From Bdellovibrionia bacterium (GTDB lineage: Bacteria > Bdellovibrionota > Bdellovibrionia > Bdellovibrionales > JAGQZY01), in assembly GCA_030424665.1 (NCBI GenBank), contig JAUHWN010000001.1, forward strand, positions 55,223-119,222: a stretch of DNA of 64,000 nt, in the 5' to 3' direction. Positions 27,385 to 37,419 of this stretch are shown piece by piece; position 1 is the stretch's first letter; each line of letters begins with the position of its first letter. The position numbers were made by a program, and so were the translations under genes. The notes beneath the pieces were generated by a model that ran no database searches, was not told the origin of the DNA, and saw only the letters and a program-made list of their open reading frames with translations.

Positions 27385-28101
27385 TCAGTCTCGACCGAGG
27401 GCGAGCATAGCCGCCTTGCTTGCATGAATTTCCATTGTATCAAACAAACTGATTTGCTTGAGGTCTTCTTGTTGTATGGCCATTTCAAGTTCTGTACAAG
27501 CGAGCAAAATACCATCTGTATTTTGTTGGACAAATTTAAGACATATTTCTTGAAGCTTTTTCTTAGAAGACTCGAGAACCTTACCCTTGCAAAGTTCATC
27601 AAAAATAATGCGATCCACTTCGATCTGGTCGAATTCATCGGGTACATGGACCTCAAACCCACGAGAACGATAGAACTCTTTATAGTAATCTTCTTTCATA
27701 ACTGGAAGAGTTCCGAGAACGCCGATGGACCTTACAAATTCATCATTGAGTTTTTCGCTAACAGCATCAGCAATATGAATAAAGGGAATAGAGATATTCT
27801 TTTGAATGCTATCCGCCACTCGGTGCATGGTATTTGAAACCATTAAAATAAAGTCAGCTCCCGATTGCTCAAGGAGCTTTGCCTTTTCTGAAAGATATCT
27901 AGAACCCGCTTCCCAGGCGTCTTCTTTGAGTAAGTTATCTATGTTTTGAAAATTCACAGAATAAGAAATAATTTCTGGATAATTGTGATCGCCCGCTATT
28001 TGATTGTAAATCTGATTGATGAGTTCGTAATAGCGGCCCGTGGCCTGGGAGCTCATTCCACCAATGAGCCCCACCTTTTTGATCGGTTCAATCAGGTCCA
28101 C
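27385..28101 (-). CDS. aspartate/glutamate racemase family protein
   Basis: 238 aa. GLIGGMSSQAT and LLACTELE signature blocks. Confidence 0.85.
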   Translation of the reverse strand: MDLIEPIKKVGLIGGMSSQATGRYYELINQIYNQIAGDHNYPEIISYSVNFQNIDNLLKEDAWEAGSRYLSEKAKLLEQSGADFILMVSNTMHRVADSIQKNISIPFIHIADAVSEKLNDEFVRSIGVLGTLPVMKEDYYKEFYRSRGFEVHVPDEFDQIEVDRIIFDELCKGKVLESSKKKLQEICLKFVQQNTDGILLACTELEMAIQQEDLKQISLFDTMEIHASKAAMLALGRD

Positions 28102-28109
28102 AATAAATC

Positions 28110-30638
28110 CTAGAATGTGGTTTCGTACTGGAGATAACTCGTTCGCAATCTCGAATACAAACTACTATCAAACTTGGTCTGAAGATCATCATCAAACTCA
28201 GGTTGAGTGTCGAGAAGGTTCAAGAAACCCAGCTGAAACTTACCATAGGGTGACTTATAATTAATTTGAAAGTCAGCTTCTGTATATACCGGAGTTAAGC
28301 CTTTATTAGGGTCAAACTTTTCAACTACCGAAATAGTTCGTGCAGTAACAGCAGAACCCCAAACATTATCTTTAGACTGCCAATTAATAGTGACCACGTT
28401 TTTCCAATAAGGAAAACCATCTTCACCCAACAAGTCCCTTTTACCAAGTTCTTCATAAGATTCAGAAAAAGCGTGGAACATGACCGTATGATCAATTGAG
28501 TATCTCAAATTACCGAATGAAACTTTATGGTCGTAGGTGAGATTGATATCAAGACCATCCACATCGTCCTTGGCAAAGTTTCTAAGTGGTGCGGAAATAA
28601 ATGAAATCGAGTTACCAGGACCATTTCTTTCAACCACAGCTCCGTATTTGGCTGGATCCGCACCAGCCGCTTCAGCCTCAAGAAGCCCCTGAGCGTCTGA
28701 AGAAACAACGTCTTCAACTTTTGTACGCCAGTAATCAAAGGACATCGAAAAACCCTGCATGGGTTGAATGACCGTACCAATACTGTATGCAAAAGAAGTT
28801 TCCTCTTTAAGGTCAGGATTAGCGCCTTGTTCTGCAGGGTAAAACTGATTATTACATCCAGGTGAATTTGGATCCGCATTACAAAGTACGTAATCGCGAA
28901 CAAATAAAAAGCCCGTCAACTTAGGACCGTATGAATCTTGAAGCGTCGGTGCCTGAAAACCCGTACCAGCAGAGCCTCTAACCATAAACGTATTATTAAT
29001 TTTCCAGCGAGAAGCAATTCGAGGGTTCGTCGTTCCACCGAAATCATTATATTGGTCATGTCGAAGTGAAAGTTGCAGCTCTACTGAGTTTCCAAAGAGA
29101 CCACTTAACTCTCCAAACAAGGCTCCAACAAAACGGTTACCTCCACCAGTGACACCACCAAGGCCTAAGATTTCTCCATTGAGAGTTTCATCATCCCTTT
29201 CATCTTTGTATTCCGAAAATTGAAAGAAGGTACCAAATCCAGCTGACCAAACGGCACCCAGGTATTCTCCAAGCTCTCCATTTGCAGTGGCTTGGGCTGA
29301 ATTGATAATGTAGTAAGCTCTCGAAAATGGGTCGGTCAAAAACCCAGTGGTATTTCTTTTGGTGCTATCAAAAGGGTTGTAGGTATCATTGATAATCGCG
29401 GCTCTCATGGGAGCTCTAAGGCCGTAGTTAGAGTTCTTTTCGTCCGTTAAAAAATAATGGGTATTATTCGAAGCTTTCCATTCCCAATCACTATCTCCCC
29501 ACAAACCTTTAAAGCCAAAAACGTAACCAGCTGAAAGCTGATCAAACTGTGTTTTTCGTTTGGGTAGGTCTTTGAATCTATAGAAAACTTGAATGTCGTT
29601 GCCCGCTGTATAATTGGGAAGAGCCGTTCCCCAATTAGCAGGAGGAGCATCTGCACCGGTAAATCGCTCACCAGTGAATGTGGCTTCAAAGTTTCTTGAG
29701 TTTGAGCGGCCATATCTTAATAATAGGTCTGAGAAAAACTCTAACTCTGAACTCATCTTGTACTTGTAAGATGTGAAACTTGAAAAATCCAGACCAGGCT
29801 CAGAAACCGATTCACTCGCCAATTCTTCTTCACAAAGGCCATCGGCGTTGAGTTCAGTACAAGATGGAAAAGGGAACGTCGTATTCGCATCTGCAGTTAA
29901 ATCAATATAGTTATTAGAAAACCGAGAATCCTTGTTGATTCCCTCTAGATAATTTCGATTAGAAGCCTTAAAGGTATCTGATGCGATAATTTGAAAACTC
30001 GTCATGATTGAGCTTTTTCCCCAAGTATCGCCGTAGGCAATACTCGTTCTCAAGCTTCCACCACCTGGCTGCGATGGGACCGACAACTTAGAGGCAAATA
30101 TGATTTCATCGATATTTTCCCTCGTAATAATATTAACAACACCGGCCAGGGCATCGGAACCATAGGTCGATGAAGCACCTTCCTTTAAAATCTCGATGCG
30201 CTCTACACCCGCCAAAGGGATCACGTTGATATCGGTTCCCGAAGAATAACTATCTCCGCCTGCCGGAAGCCTCTGTCCGTTAACTAGAACTAGTGTTCGA
30301 GCCGAACCGAGTCCTTTGAGGTTGGCTCTATCGGCGCTCGATCCAAAAGGCGAAACCGTTGAGCTTCTCAAAAGTGATCCAACCTCGTTAAATCCAGAGT
30401 TCTCAATTTGTTCTCGATCTATGATTATGATCTGCGACGGGCCTTCCATATCGATTCTTCGAATCAATGAACCAGTTACTTCAATTTTTTCGACATCACT
30501 TTTTGCTGAGCCAACTTGGTTGGTTGTTTCTGCCGACGTTGTTCCCTGTGAAGCATTCGTTTCTTCAGATGAAGAATCTTGCGCTCCAGCGATAAAACTA
30601 GAAAAGATTAGTGCGATTGCAATAAGATACTTAAACAT
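28110..30638 (-). CDS. TonB-dependent outer-membrane receptor
   Basis: 842 aa. Signal peptide, plug domain (IEVTGSLIRR...ERIEILKGASSTYGSDALAGVVNIITR), long beta-barrel, C-terminal ...YETTF. Confidence 0.9.
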   Translation of the reverse strand: MFKYLIAIALIFSSFIAGAQDSSSEETNASQGTTSAETTNQVGSAKSDVEKIEVTGSLIRRIDMEGPSQIIIIDREQIENSGFNEVGSLLRSSTVSPFGSSADRANLKGLGSARTLVLVNGQRLPAGGDSYSSGTDINVIPLAGVERIEILKEGASSTYGSDALAGVVNIITRENIDEIIFASKLSVPSQPGGGSLRTSIAYGDTWGKSSIMTSFQIIASDTFKASNRNYLEGINKDSRFSNNYIDLTADANTTFPFPSCTELNADGLCEEELASESVSEPGLDFSSFTSYKYKMSSELEFFSDLLLRYGRSNSRNFEATFTGERFTGADAPPANWGTALPNYTAGNDIQVFYRFKDLPKRKTQFDQLSAGYVFGFKGLWGDSDWEWKASNNTHYFLTDEKNSNYGLRAPMRAAIINDTYNPFDSTKRNTTGFLTDPFSRAYYIINSAQATANGELGEYLGAVWSAGFGTFFQFSEYKDERDDETLNGEILGLGGVTGGGNRFVGALFGELSGLFGNSVELQLSLRHDQYNDFGGTTNPRIASRWKINNTFMVRGSAGTGFQAPTLQDSYGPKLTGFLFVRDYVLCNADPNSPGCNNQFYPAEQGANPDLKEETSFAYSIGTVIQPMQGFSMSFDYWRTKVEDVVSSDAQGLLEAEAAGADPAKYGAVVERNGPGNSISFISAPLRNFAKDDVDGLDINLTYDHKVSFGNLRYSIDHTVMFHAFSESYEELGKRDLLGEDGFPYWKNVVTINWQSKDNVWGSAVTARTISVVEKFDPNKGLTPVYTEADFQINYKSPYGKFQLGFLNLLDTQPEFDDDLQTKFDSSLYSRLRTSYLQYETTF

Positions 30639-30768
30639 ACAGTCCCCTCTTTAGACCCCTACCAAGAGTAAAATCTATAGGACAAAGGTCCCATAAGCCA
30701 CAAATGACATTATGCAAGGAGAACTTATGGTTGAATAAATACCCCTTTAAGAGGGGATTTCGCTTTTT

Positions 30769-32316
30769 CTATTCGCCAGGAGGAGCGAAAACGAGGTGAT
30801 AGAGAGTTCCTGTTCGATGATCAACATCATCCTCTTGAACCGAACACGAGATAAATAAAACGCCTCGGTTTACCTGTAAAGAACGACCAAAACCCCTAAA
30901 ATCTGACCCATCAGCAAAATTAGGAGTGATATTACCTTGAAACTCATACTTGTTACTGGAGGGGTTGAGCTTGTACATAAACACTTTTCCACTTCGACTC
31001 TGACGGTATGAGTTCGCCCTTGGAGCACCAATAAACAACTGTCCATCTGCACCGCCTGCTATAGAGATTCCAAAGGAGTCAGCACTTTCCTCTAAAAACG
31101 GATGGTTGAGCTCTTGAACCAAATCATAGAGTCCTGTTGACGGGTTTATTTTAAAAATGGCTATAAACTCTTTAAGATGTTCCCTGCCCCGGTTAGGTTG
31201 CGAAACAATAAGTAAATCTCCGATATGTTTGCTTACCTCGGCAAAGTTGTAACGAGCCGAAGTAGATTCTATAACCTGTAACAACACTCCATTCATATCA
31301 AATCGCAGGAGCACCCCTCGATTTCGCCCAGTTACTTGTTTTCGAGCGCTAACAAAAATGTCCGGTCCATCTTTTCTAACATTCCGCCCGCAATTCACAT
31401 AACCTGAAGGACAGAGAATTTCTAATTGCTTTGAAAAACTATCACTCTCGATACCTTCGCGAGAGAAAACTAAAACCTTGCCCTTAGAGTTATCAAATTC
31501 TCTATCAGCCACTATTAAATATTTAGGTAGAGCCCACATACTCGCACCAAAATTCACTGACTGGGGCTCACTAATGGACTGGACAAAATTGTACTTATTG
31601 ACCTTTCCAGGCCTTCTCTCTAAACGATAATGATAGATTTGATTCAAGGTAGAAGAGGAGATAAATAACTCTTCTTGTGTCGCAGCCATCGATTGACCAA
31701 ATTTAGTTTCGAAATTATCGGTCAATAAGGGAGAAAGAATTTTCTGAACAGGGTAAACTTTTTTGGTTTCAGAATTAATTCCATAAATCGTAACTTTTCC
31801 AGAGTTAATATGGCCATCAACATTTTTTCTCGGAGAGGCTACGGCAATTCTCTTGCCCGATACTCTCAGTTCACTGCCAAATGTTTGGTTTTGTGAATCA
31901 CTATTGACAGCAAGAGGTTCAACCACTTGAATTTCTAGATCTTTAACTTCACCCGTGAGAGCCGTTGCACGAATTATCAGATTTCCGATGTAACCCGGGT
32001 CAACATAAACGACTGCACCTATACCCTTATCTAAAGTTTCAACTCGGGCATCTCCCACTAAGAGCTCAAATGAAAATCCCTCAAGTATGAGACCCGCAGG
32101 TTCTACAGAAAATATTGATCCACTTTCTGTCTCTGGAGGATAGAGAAACTGAACTCCAGCATAACCATCACCATTACCAGATTGTTGGTTAGTGAGATCA
32201 ATTCCAAATTGACCGAACTGACCATCGAGGTTGAGTTGACCACAGTTTTGAAAAAGAAGTACTAGGAGAGCTGCGAAAAATATAAGAATATATTTTGTGA
32301 CTCTTTGCATGTTCAT
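30769..32316 (-). CDS. FG-GAP-like beta-propeller lipoprotein (FQNC lipobox)
   Basis: Start set at ATG 32316 (MNMQRVTKYILIF..., GGGGA RBS). Lipobox LLFQNC. Recurring FGxS(L/M)xxxxxxLx(V/I)(A/S)xP repeats (FGSELRVSGKRIAVASP, FGQSMAAT, FGASMWAL, FGISIAGGADGQLFIGAP, FGRSLQV). Confidence 0.6.
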   Translation of the reverse strand: MNMQRVTKYILIFFAALLVLLFQNCGQLNLDGQFGQFGIDLTNQQSGNGDGYAGVQFLYPPETESGSIFSVEPAGLILEGFSFELLVGDARVETLDKGIGAVVYVDPGYIGNLIIRATALTGEVKDLEIQVVEPLAVNSDSQNQTFGSELRVSGKRIAVASPRKNVDGHINSGKVTIYGINSETKKVYPVQKILSPLLTDNFETKFGQSMAATQEELFISSSTLNQIYHYRLERRPGKVNKYNFVQSISEPQSVNFGASMWALPKYLIVADREFDNSKGKVLVFSREGIESDSFSKQLEILCPSGYVNCGRNVRKDGPDIFVSARKQVTGRNRGVLLRFDMNGVLLQVIESTSARYNFAEVSKHIGDLLIVSQPNRGREHLKEFIAIFKINPSTGLYDLVQELNHPFLEESADSFGISIAGGADGQLFIGAPRANSYRQSRSGKVFMYKLNPSSNKYEFQGNITPNFADGSDFRGFGRSLQVNRGVLFISCSVQEDDVDHRTGTLYHLVFAPPGE

Positions 32317-32516
32317 TTGAAATTCCCCACCATTTACTATCGAGTCCATCTCCCCAGACGAACTCAACCCCGATACATCTATAGGTTATACGAAAACCGT
32401 CAAAGATATGAGTAACAATGATGTCTATAAAACATTCCTCAAAATTCTATGTCTAATACTTTTTCATTTTCCCATTTTGATACAATTCAGAAATTACTCA
32501 ATGAAATAAGCGCTTT

Positions 32517-33989
32517 TCAAGCGCTGGCCACCTGGTAACGAACCCCCTTTTTGACACCGGTCTTTTCCATCATCCCCTGCTCGCAATATTCATTGAGCCA
32601 GCGAACAGCTGTCCTCGGACTCACATCAAAGAACTGAGAAACATCCTCACAGCTAAAATCTTGATCAGAGAAGTGTTCACAAATTTCTTTAAAACGCGAG
32701 TGAAGGCGACTCGAAGGCGGCTTCTTTTCAATAGCTCTATAAAGAAAGCCTACTTTAGAGTCAGCTGTTAAGAGATACCCCTTCCCACTTTTTTCTTCAA
32801 TTTTTAGACCCAAGGGTGCAATGATTTTACGGAGTCTCGAAATCAGCATTTTCATTTTTTGAGAAGAAGATTCCGGTTCGAAAAATTCATCGCTATAGAG
32901 CCTTGAAAACAAAGTGGGAATACGAATCGGTCGATAGAAATCTAGGGAGAGTTGATAAAGAAGTCGGTGATACAGAGAGCCCTTGGCGAATAAGGCTTCG
33001 GGTCCCTCAATCAAACTATCTATATCGATGTATTTTTTTGCCTGAAGATTTGAAAAATTTCGACGAAAGCTCTGGTCCACAACCATCTTACTATTTTTCT
33101 TCATTTTTTGACGGTAGGCTGCAAAGGGTGACCCAAAATAAACTCGATTGAAAAGTTCACTATCACCATCAATAAGACTCGTATGGTAGTCAACATCGCG
33201 AAGAGTTTCAAAATGATCTATTTCTCTCGCCTTATTGCGAATCCATTCAATCTTCTTTCGAGCCTCATTACTGGTTGGGTCCTTTTTTAAATCAATTAGA
33301 GCCTGCCATTTCTTTACAAAGAGGGCATCTGGATACTTCTGATCTCCTAGAAGTTCTAAAGCCTGATCAAGAAGAATTCTCGCCTTCTCTAACTTGTTTT
33401 GATTAAAAAAAACTTGAGCCAAAAGTTCGCGACAATTTCCAGCCAAAACCGTATGTTTTCTAGAGTCCAAATCCTGGATGAGCGGCTCTAAAGATTCTTT
33501 GGCTTCTTTATAACGGGCAAGGGTAACAAGAGCTGCTACATAATTGACTTGCCCGATATAGTAGATGTATGTGCCTTTTTCGATTCGATTCAAATAATTT
33601 TCAAGATGAACAATAGCAGTCTGGTAATCCCATTGGGCAAAATAGGCAAAGGCGAGATAGAGAGACGCTTTAGGCTCTTCTTGCAAAATATAATTATTAT
33701 TAAGAAGTCGAATGGCCTCTTCACTTCCACCGATTGAGGAGAGGGCTTGAGCGTAAACAACCACTTCATTGGCTTTCGCCTTCACTTGAGAGTTACTTGA
33801 ACGGACAACTGATTTGAGAATTTTTAGGGCCAGCTCCGCCAGTCCAACACGACGACAAAGGTTTGCGACGGTCGACATCCGATTGCGAGGAATTTTAGAA
33901 ACTCGAAGCCCTTCTAGGAGTTTTCGCGCTCGAGCCGACTGGCCAGCACTGATAAGCTCCTCAATTTCTTCGAGTTTTTCTTTTTTCAT
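32517..33989 (-). CDS. TPR-repeat protein with C-terminal winged-helix-like domain (putative transcriptional regulator), paralogue 2
   Basis: 490 aa. Shares with 18025..19521 the blocks LCRR(T/V)GL, LYLAF..F.QW.Y..AI, Y..GQVN..AALV, L.GNC.E, FG(T/S)PF, DFYRP.RI, LFS.LY.DE.F.P. C-terminal FDVSPRTAVRWLNEYCEQGMMEKTG. Confidence 0.65.
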   Translation of the reverse strand: MKKEKLEEIEELISAGQSARARKLLEGLRVSKIPRNRMSTVANLCRRVGLAELALKILKSVVRSSNSQVKAKANEVVVYAQALSSIGGSEEAIRLLNNNYILQEEPKASLYLAFAYFAQWDYQTAIVHLENYLNRIEKGTYIYYIGQVNYVAALVTLARYKEAKESLEPLIQDLDSRKHTVLAGNCRELLAQVFFNQNKLEKARILLDQALELLGDQKYPDALFVKKWQALIDLKKDPTSNEARKKIEWIRNKAREIDHFETLRDVDYHTSLIDGDSELFNRVYFGSPFAAYRQKMKKNSKMVVDQSFRRNFSNLQAKKYIDIDSLIEGPEALFAKGSLYHRLLYQLSLDFYRPIRIPTLFSRLYSDEFFEPESSSQKMKMLISRLRKIIAPLGLKIEEKSGKGYLLTADSKVGFLYRAIEKKPPSSRLHSRFKEICEHFSDQDFSCEDVSQFFDVSPRTAVRWLNEYCEQGMMEKTGVKKGVRYQVASA

Positions 33990-34410
33990 GGTTTGATCCC
34001 ATATTTATCGTCAATAATGTTATCGAACGATTCGTCCCTGGACTTAAGTAAAGGGTTGGGCTCCTGAGCTAATTCCCAGGAGCCCTGGGTGGGTTTCGTT
34101 CTTTATATGAGGATAACGTCCCATGGAGCCCCAAAGAGTAACAATTTTGTCTATAAAGAAACGCTCGTTTCGATACGATCAAAATGACACCAGTTCTTAA
34201 AATGGGGGTGATTTGCCACCTCCTTAAAAGCCAGAGAAGGAATGAGTAATTCACAATTCGCACAGCCTTATCCACATTTTTTTGCAAATCTGTAAACTTT
34301 TGCAAAAGAACGTGCAGATTTAATCACATAACTAAAGCCAAAGTGACACTGATATCACTGGCATCAATACTGCTATCTCAGTCTGTCGAAAAGACAAATT
34401 GAGGGGTTCT

Positions 34411-34968
34411 ATGAGGGTTTTATTTGTTTCGTTGTTATTAGTATTTTCTTTTGTGCAAAATTCTTTTGCCGAAGAAAGTCGATTTCGACCACTAAATGCC
34501 TCTCAAGCGAGCGCTCTAAAAACGGCTCTATCTATGAGTCATGTTGAGGTGAGTTTTTTAAAGAGACGAGCCGAGGCAAGTGAAGCCTACTGTAAGGATC
34601 ACGCATGGACTTCCGAGTGCAAGGGCTCTGAAGCTTATTGTAAGAACAACTCATGGGTGGCTGAATGCAAAGGTTCCGAAGCAAACTGCGAACGAACTCC
34701 TTGGATCGCCGAATGTAAAGGTTCAGAGGCCAACTGTCAGCGGACACCTTGGATTGCTGAGTGTAAAAGCTCCGAGGCTAACTGCGAACGAACTCCTTGG
34801 ATCGCCGAGTGTAAAGGTTCAGAGGCCAATTGCCAACGAACTCCTTGGATAGCTGAGTGTAAAAGCTCCGAGGCCAACTGTCAGCGGACACCTTGGATCT
34901 CCGAGTGTGAGGGCTCAGAGGCTCGCTGCGAAAGCACTCCTTGGACGGCTGCATGTAGAGGTAAATAG
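34411..34968 (+). CDS. secreted cysteine-repeat protein (8 x 16-aa SEANC(E/Q)RTPWIAECK(G/S) units)
   Basis: ATG 34411 preceded by GAGGGG. Signal peptide MRVLFVSLLLVFSFVQNSFA. The C-terminal 128 aa consist entirely of 16-aa repeats with 2 Cys each. Confidence 0.75.
   Translation: MRVLFVSLLLVFSFVQNSFAEESRFRPLNASQASALKTALSMSHVEVSFLKRRAEASEAYCKDHAWTSECKGSEAYCKNNSWVAECKGSEANCERTPWIAECKGSEANCQRTPWIAECKSSEANCERTPWIAECKGSEANCQRTPWIAECKSSEANCQRTPWISECEGSEARCESTPWTAACRGK
34579..34962 (+). repeat. 8 tandem 48-bp coding repeats
   Basis: Read directly: units start at 34579 with a 48-nt period. Units 3-7 are near-identical, with E-type and Q-type variants differing mainly at synonymous positions. Confidence 0.9.
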
Positions 34969-35037
34969 TACTAAATTATATGAGAAAAATATTTTTAAGA
35001 GGTTAAGACGTATTTTTCTAAAAGGTTAAGACGATAT

Positions 35038-35063
35038 GGCCAGTTTCTGACTGGCCTTTTTTT
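35038..35063 (+). terminator. Rho-independent terminator of the Cys-repeat gene
   Basis: GGCCAGT-TTCTG-ACTGGCC followed by T7 (35057-35063). Confidence 0.75.
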
Positions 35064-35107
35064 ATTTTGTATCCAAAGAAAATCTCACTGTTATACGACG
35101 AAACTAC

Positions 35108-35563
35108 CTAGGGCATTTCTCCATCGCACTTTGCCCCTGGACCATAGGGTTTTGCCTGCCAGGTTCCCGGTTTAAATTGAATTTTAATCATTGCCACACC
35201 CACTTCGAATCTTTGCCACCATGCTGTGACAAGTTCGGGACCATTGGTAATCTTAATTCTTACTCTTTTTTTGGGATCCAAATCCTTAGCTACGATCTTT
35301 GGCATTCCGGTAAAATCGATTTTAGGTCCGCCATCAATTTGGATTTTCTGCTGAGTCTTCCAATTTTCATCGAGAAGTACTTTGTTGATGACCCTATTCA
35401 GACAAATACTTACACCCTTTATTTCTTCATCCGACTGATTGGCATAGATCGTTTCGGTTTCCTGCACCTTTTCTTTCAAAAGAGGCTCTTCCATCCCCTC
35501 ATCATTGGCGAAAGCAACCAGCGAGGTAAACACTAAAAAAGTAATAATAAAAATATTTTTCAT
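35108..35563 (-). CDS. secreted hypothetical protein
   Basis: Start set at ATG 35563 (MKNIFIITFLVFTSLVAFANDEG signal peptide). No recognised domain. Confidence 0.5.
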   Translation of the reverse strand: MKNIFIITFLVFTSLVAFANDEGMEEPLLKEKVQETETIYANQSDEEIKGVSICLNRVINKVLLDENWKTQQKIQIDGGPKIDFTGMPKIVAKDLDPKKRVRIKITNGPELVTAWWQRFEVGVAMIKIQFKPGTWQAKPYGPGAKCDGEMP

Positions 35564-35831
35564 AGGTTGATTATCTAAAGAATAAGCCGCAAAACAAATA
35601 GTTTTCCGGCTTTTAGCGAAAATACTAAGTTTTTTAATTATCCTGAGCACCAACTAGAATCCATAAACAGTCCCCACTTGAATTTATTGGGAAGAAAGGT
35701 TGCGTATATCAAAATGAGAGTGAATTCACTTCGTTTTGTGTAGATTTTTAGCAGATCAATAAATTAGACGTCCGAAGCCCTCTCTGGCTCCCCTCATTCG
35801 GCATAAATTTCGCTGCATAATTGGGTAACTA

Positions 35832-36620
35832 ATGCTCAGGAGGACCTCAGTGGAACGTACTATTTTTAGAATTCTTATTTCTATTCCTCTTATTGCTTTA
35901 ACTGCCTGTGGTAGTGACTCTAACAACAATAGCCTGGGATTTGGCCTTAATCTTCCGGTCGCTAATACTAGTTTTGAAGAAGGACAGAATCTTCTCGTGG
36001 AGTACAGTGATGGCCTATCAACTTTAAGTAAAATTGAGCAAGAAACTGACTTTGAGGGATCGATTTCAGGTACCGGAGAAGCCAGTCTCAATCAACTTCT
36101 AGAAAACTGTATTGTTCAACTAACAGATACGGATACATCAGAAAACATCGAAATTGTTGATAGCCCGGGAGAAGACTGTGGTATCACATACTCGAAGTTA
36201 ACAACTGTAAACTACAGCAACAATGTCATCACCGGCACTGTAAGCTCTCACTTTTCAATTGATGATCCTAGTCTCGAATCATTGAGTTCAGTAAAATCAA
36301 GCCAATGCTCTGGTGATTTTGTTGCCAATCAAGGCTCGACTTTCAGAATTCAAATTAATATGAATTGCGATATTGTTACCCAGAGCGGAGAAAGTTTTAA
36401 TCTCAAGGTCGTCTCAGTCATGACCGGAACCCAAGGTGAATCCTTTTCGGTTTCTCTCAATGGTGCCGTTACAAAAGGTGGCCAGGTAATGAACTTCGCC
36501 ATGGATTGGACGACTACCGGAAGTGAAAGCTCAATAAGTTTTACCGTCAATGGCCAAGATGCTTCCGAATCGCAGGGCCAAGTCAATGGCATCTTTGGCT
36601 TCACTCAGGTCAATATATAA
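35832..36620 (+). CDS. lipoprotein, unknown function
   Basis: 262 aa. Lipobox LIALTAC. Ser/Thr/Asn/Gly-rich, beta-rich composition. Confidence 0.55.
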   Translation: MLRRTSVERTIFRILISIPLIALTACGSDSNNNSLGFGLNLPVANTSFEEGQNLLVEYSDGLSTLSKIEQETDFEGSISGTGEASLNQLLENCIVQLTDTDTSENIEIVDSPGEDCGITYSKLTTVNYSNNVITGTVSSHFSIDDPSLESLSSVKSSQCSGDFVANQGSTFRIQINMNCDIVTQSGESFNLKVVSVMTGTQGESFSVSLNGAVTKGGQVMNFAMDWTTTGSESSISFTVNGQDASESQGQVNGIFGFTQVNI

Positions 36621-36645
36621 AAGAATAAGGTCAGTGAGCCTGACC

Positions 36646-37419
36646 TTATTTCTTCTTATAAAATCCGGTCAATTTGTCTTTCAAAGAAGATCCGCATTCT
36701 GTGTTTGCGCGAACTCCAATACCATTTTTAGCAGGTTCATATTCCATGAAGAATGCACACTTATCGAAGGCCGAAAAGTAGGTGGGTTTTTTATGATTAA
36801 ATTGCAGATATCCAACCATTCCTCCACGACTATCTCCCCACTCAGACGATATAATTCCAATATTAATTTTTAACCAGTCCGGGCCGTGAAGTTTTTGTCG
36901 CTTTAAAACGATCTTTACTTGGTTTTTCTTATTTTCGAAGGTGCCAATGTAATTCTTGGTCTTTTCTTGTTTTTGCTCAACGGGACTTTTTTTAGCGGGA
37001 TAGGCGACTTCTTCAATGGTCCCTGAAATCGATTGATCTCTACACTTGGCGAGATCCCCTAGATTTTGCCACTCGTTCTCGGTTCCTTTTTTACGTACAA
37101 AAACATAGGCAATGTCTTTGGCCGATCCGTTAATTGAAACTTCGAAATATCCCTCTTGAATTTCATTACCCATTTTGGCCGGCCCCATATTGACCGATTT
37201 AATATAAATCTTTTTAGGTTCTTTCTGCCCACAGGGTTCACAATATTCCAAATAATGTTTATGGGGACCAAGAACTTTTAATGCCTCTTTTGCCACCTTT
37301 TCACTATTCCAAGCACATTGGTCGCCCCAGGAGGCAGCAGGAAAAAGAACAAAAGCGTGGACAAAGAACAAAATGAAATATTTGTTGTGAAAGTTACTAA
37401 TCTGCAAATTCTTGAACAT
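36646..37419 (-). CDS. secreted hypothetical protein
   Basis: 257 aa. N-terminal hydrophobic signal (FILFFVHAFVLFPAASWG). Overlaps the upstream gene by 23 nt. Confidence 0.5.
   Translation of the reverse strand: MFKNLQISNFHNKYFILFFVHAFVLFPAASWGDQCAWNSEKVAKEALKVLGPHKHYLEYCEPCGQKEPKKIYIKSVNMGPAKMGNEIQEGYFEVSINGSAKDIAYVFVRKKGTENEWQNLGDLAKCRDQSISGTIEEVAYPAKKSPVEQKQEKTKNYIGTFENKKNQVKIVLKRQKLHGPDWLKINIGIISSEWGDSRGGMVGYLQFNHKKPTYFSAFDKCAFFMEYEPAKNGIGVRANTECGSSLKDKLTGFYKKK

Noticed and set aside
28505-30654. Antisense or alternative-frame ORFs inside the TonB-dependent receptor gene (28505..28903, 29447..29713, 30316..30654)
   Set aside because: They are fully embedded in a long, well-supported CDS on the same or opposite strand and show no independent signals. 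The same reasoning applies to the other short overlapping track ORFs inside pepN, the clpX-like gene, the S9 peptidase, the racemase and the ABC transporter.
30639-30768. Possible cobalamin or other riboswitch upstream of the TonB-dependent receptor
   Set aside because: Only ~130 nt are available. Part of that is a small hairpin that probably terminates the upstream gene, and no B12-box-like or other conserved riboswitch core is seen.
34069-34305. 78-aa minus-strand ORF between the regulator and the Cys-repeat gene
   Set aside because: It has no RBS, overlaps the GC-rich hairpin, and has odd composition. The region is more plausibly a divergent promoter region.
34579-34962. Regular 48-bp repeats considered as a possible CRISPR array
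   Set aside because: The units are contiguous with no spacers, in frame within a signal-peptide ORF, and show codon-level (synonymous) variation. This is a coding tandem repeat. No cas genes are in the window.
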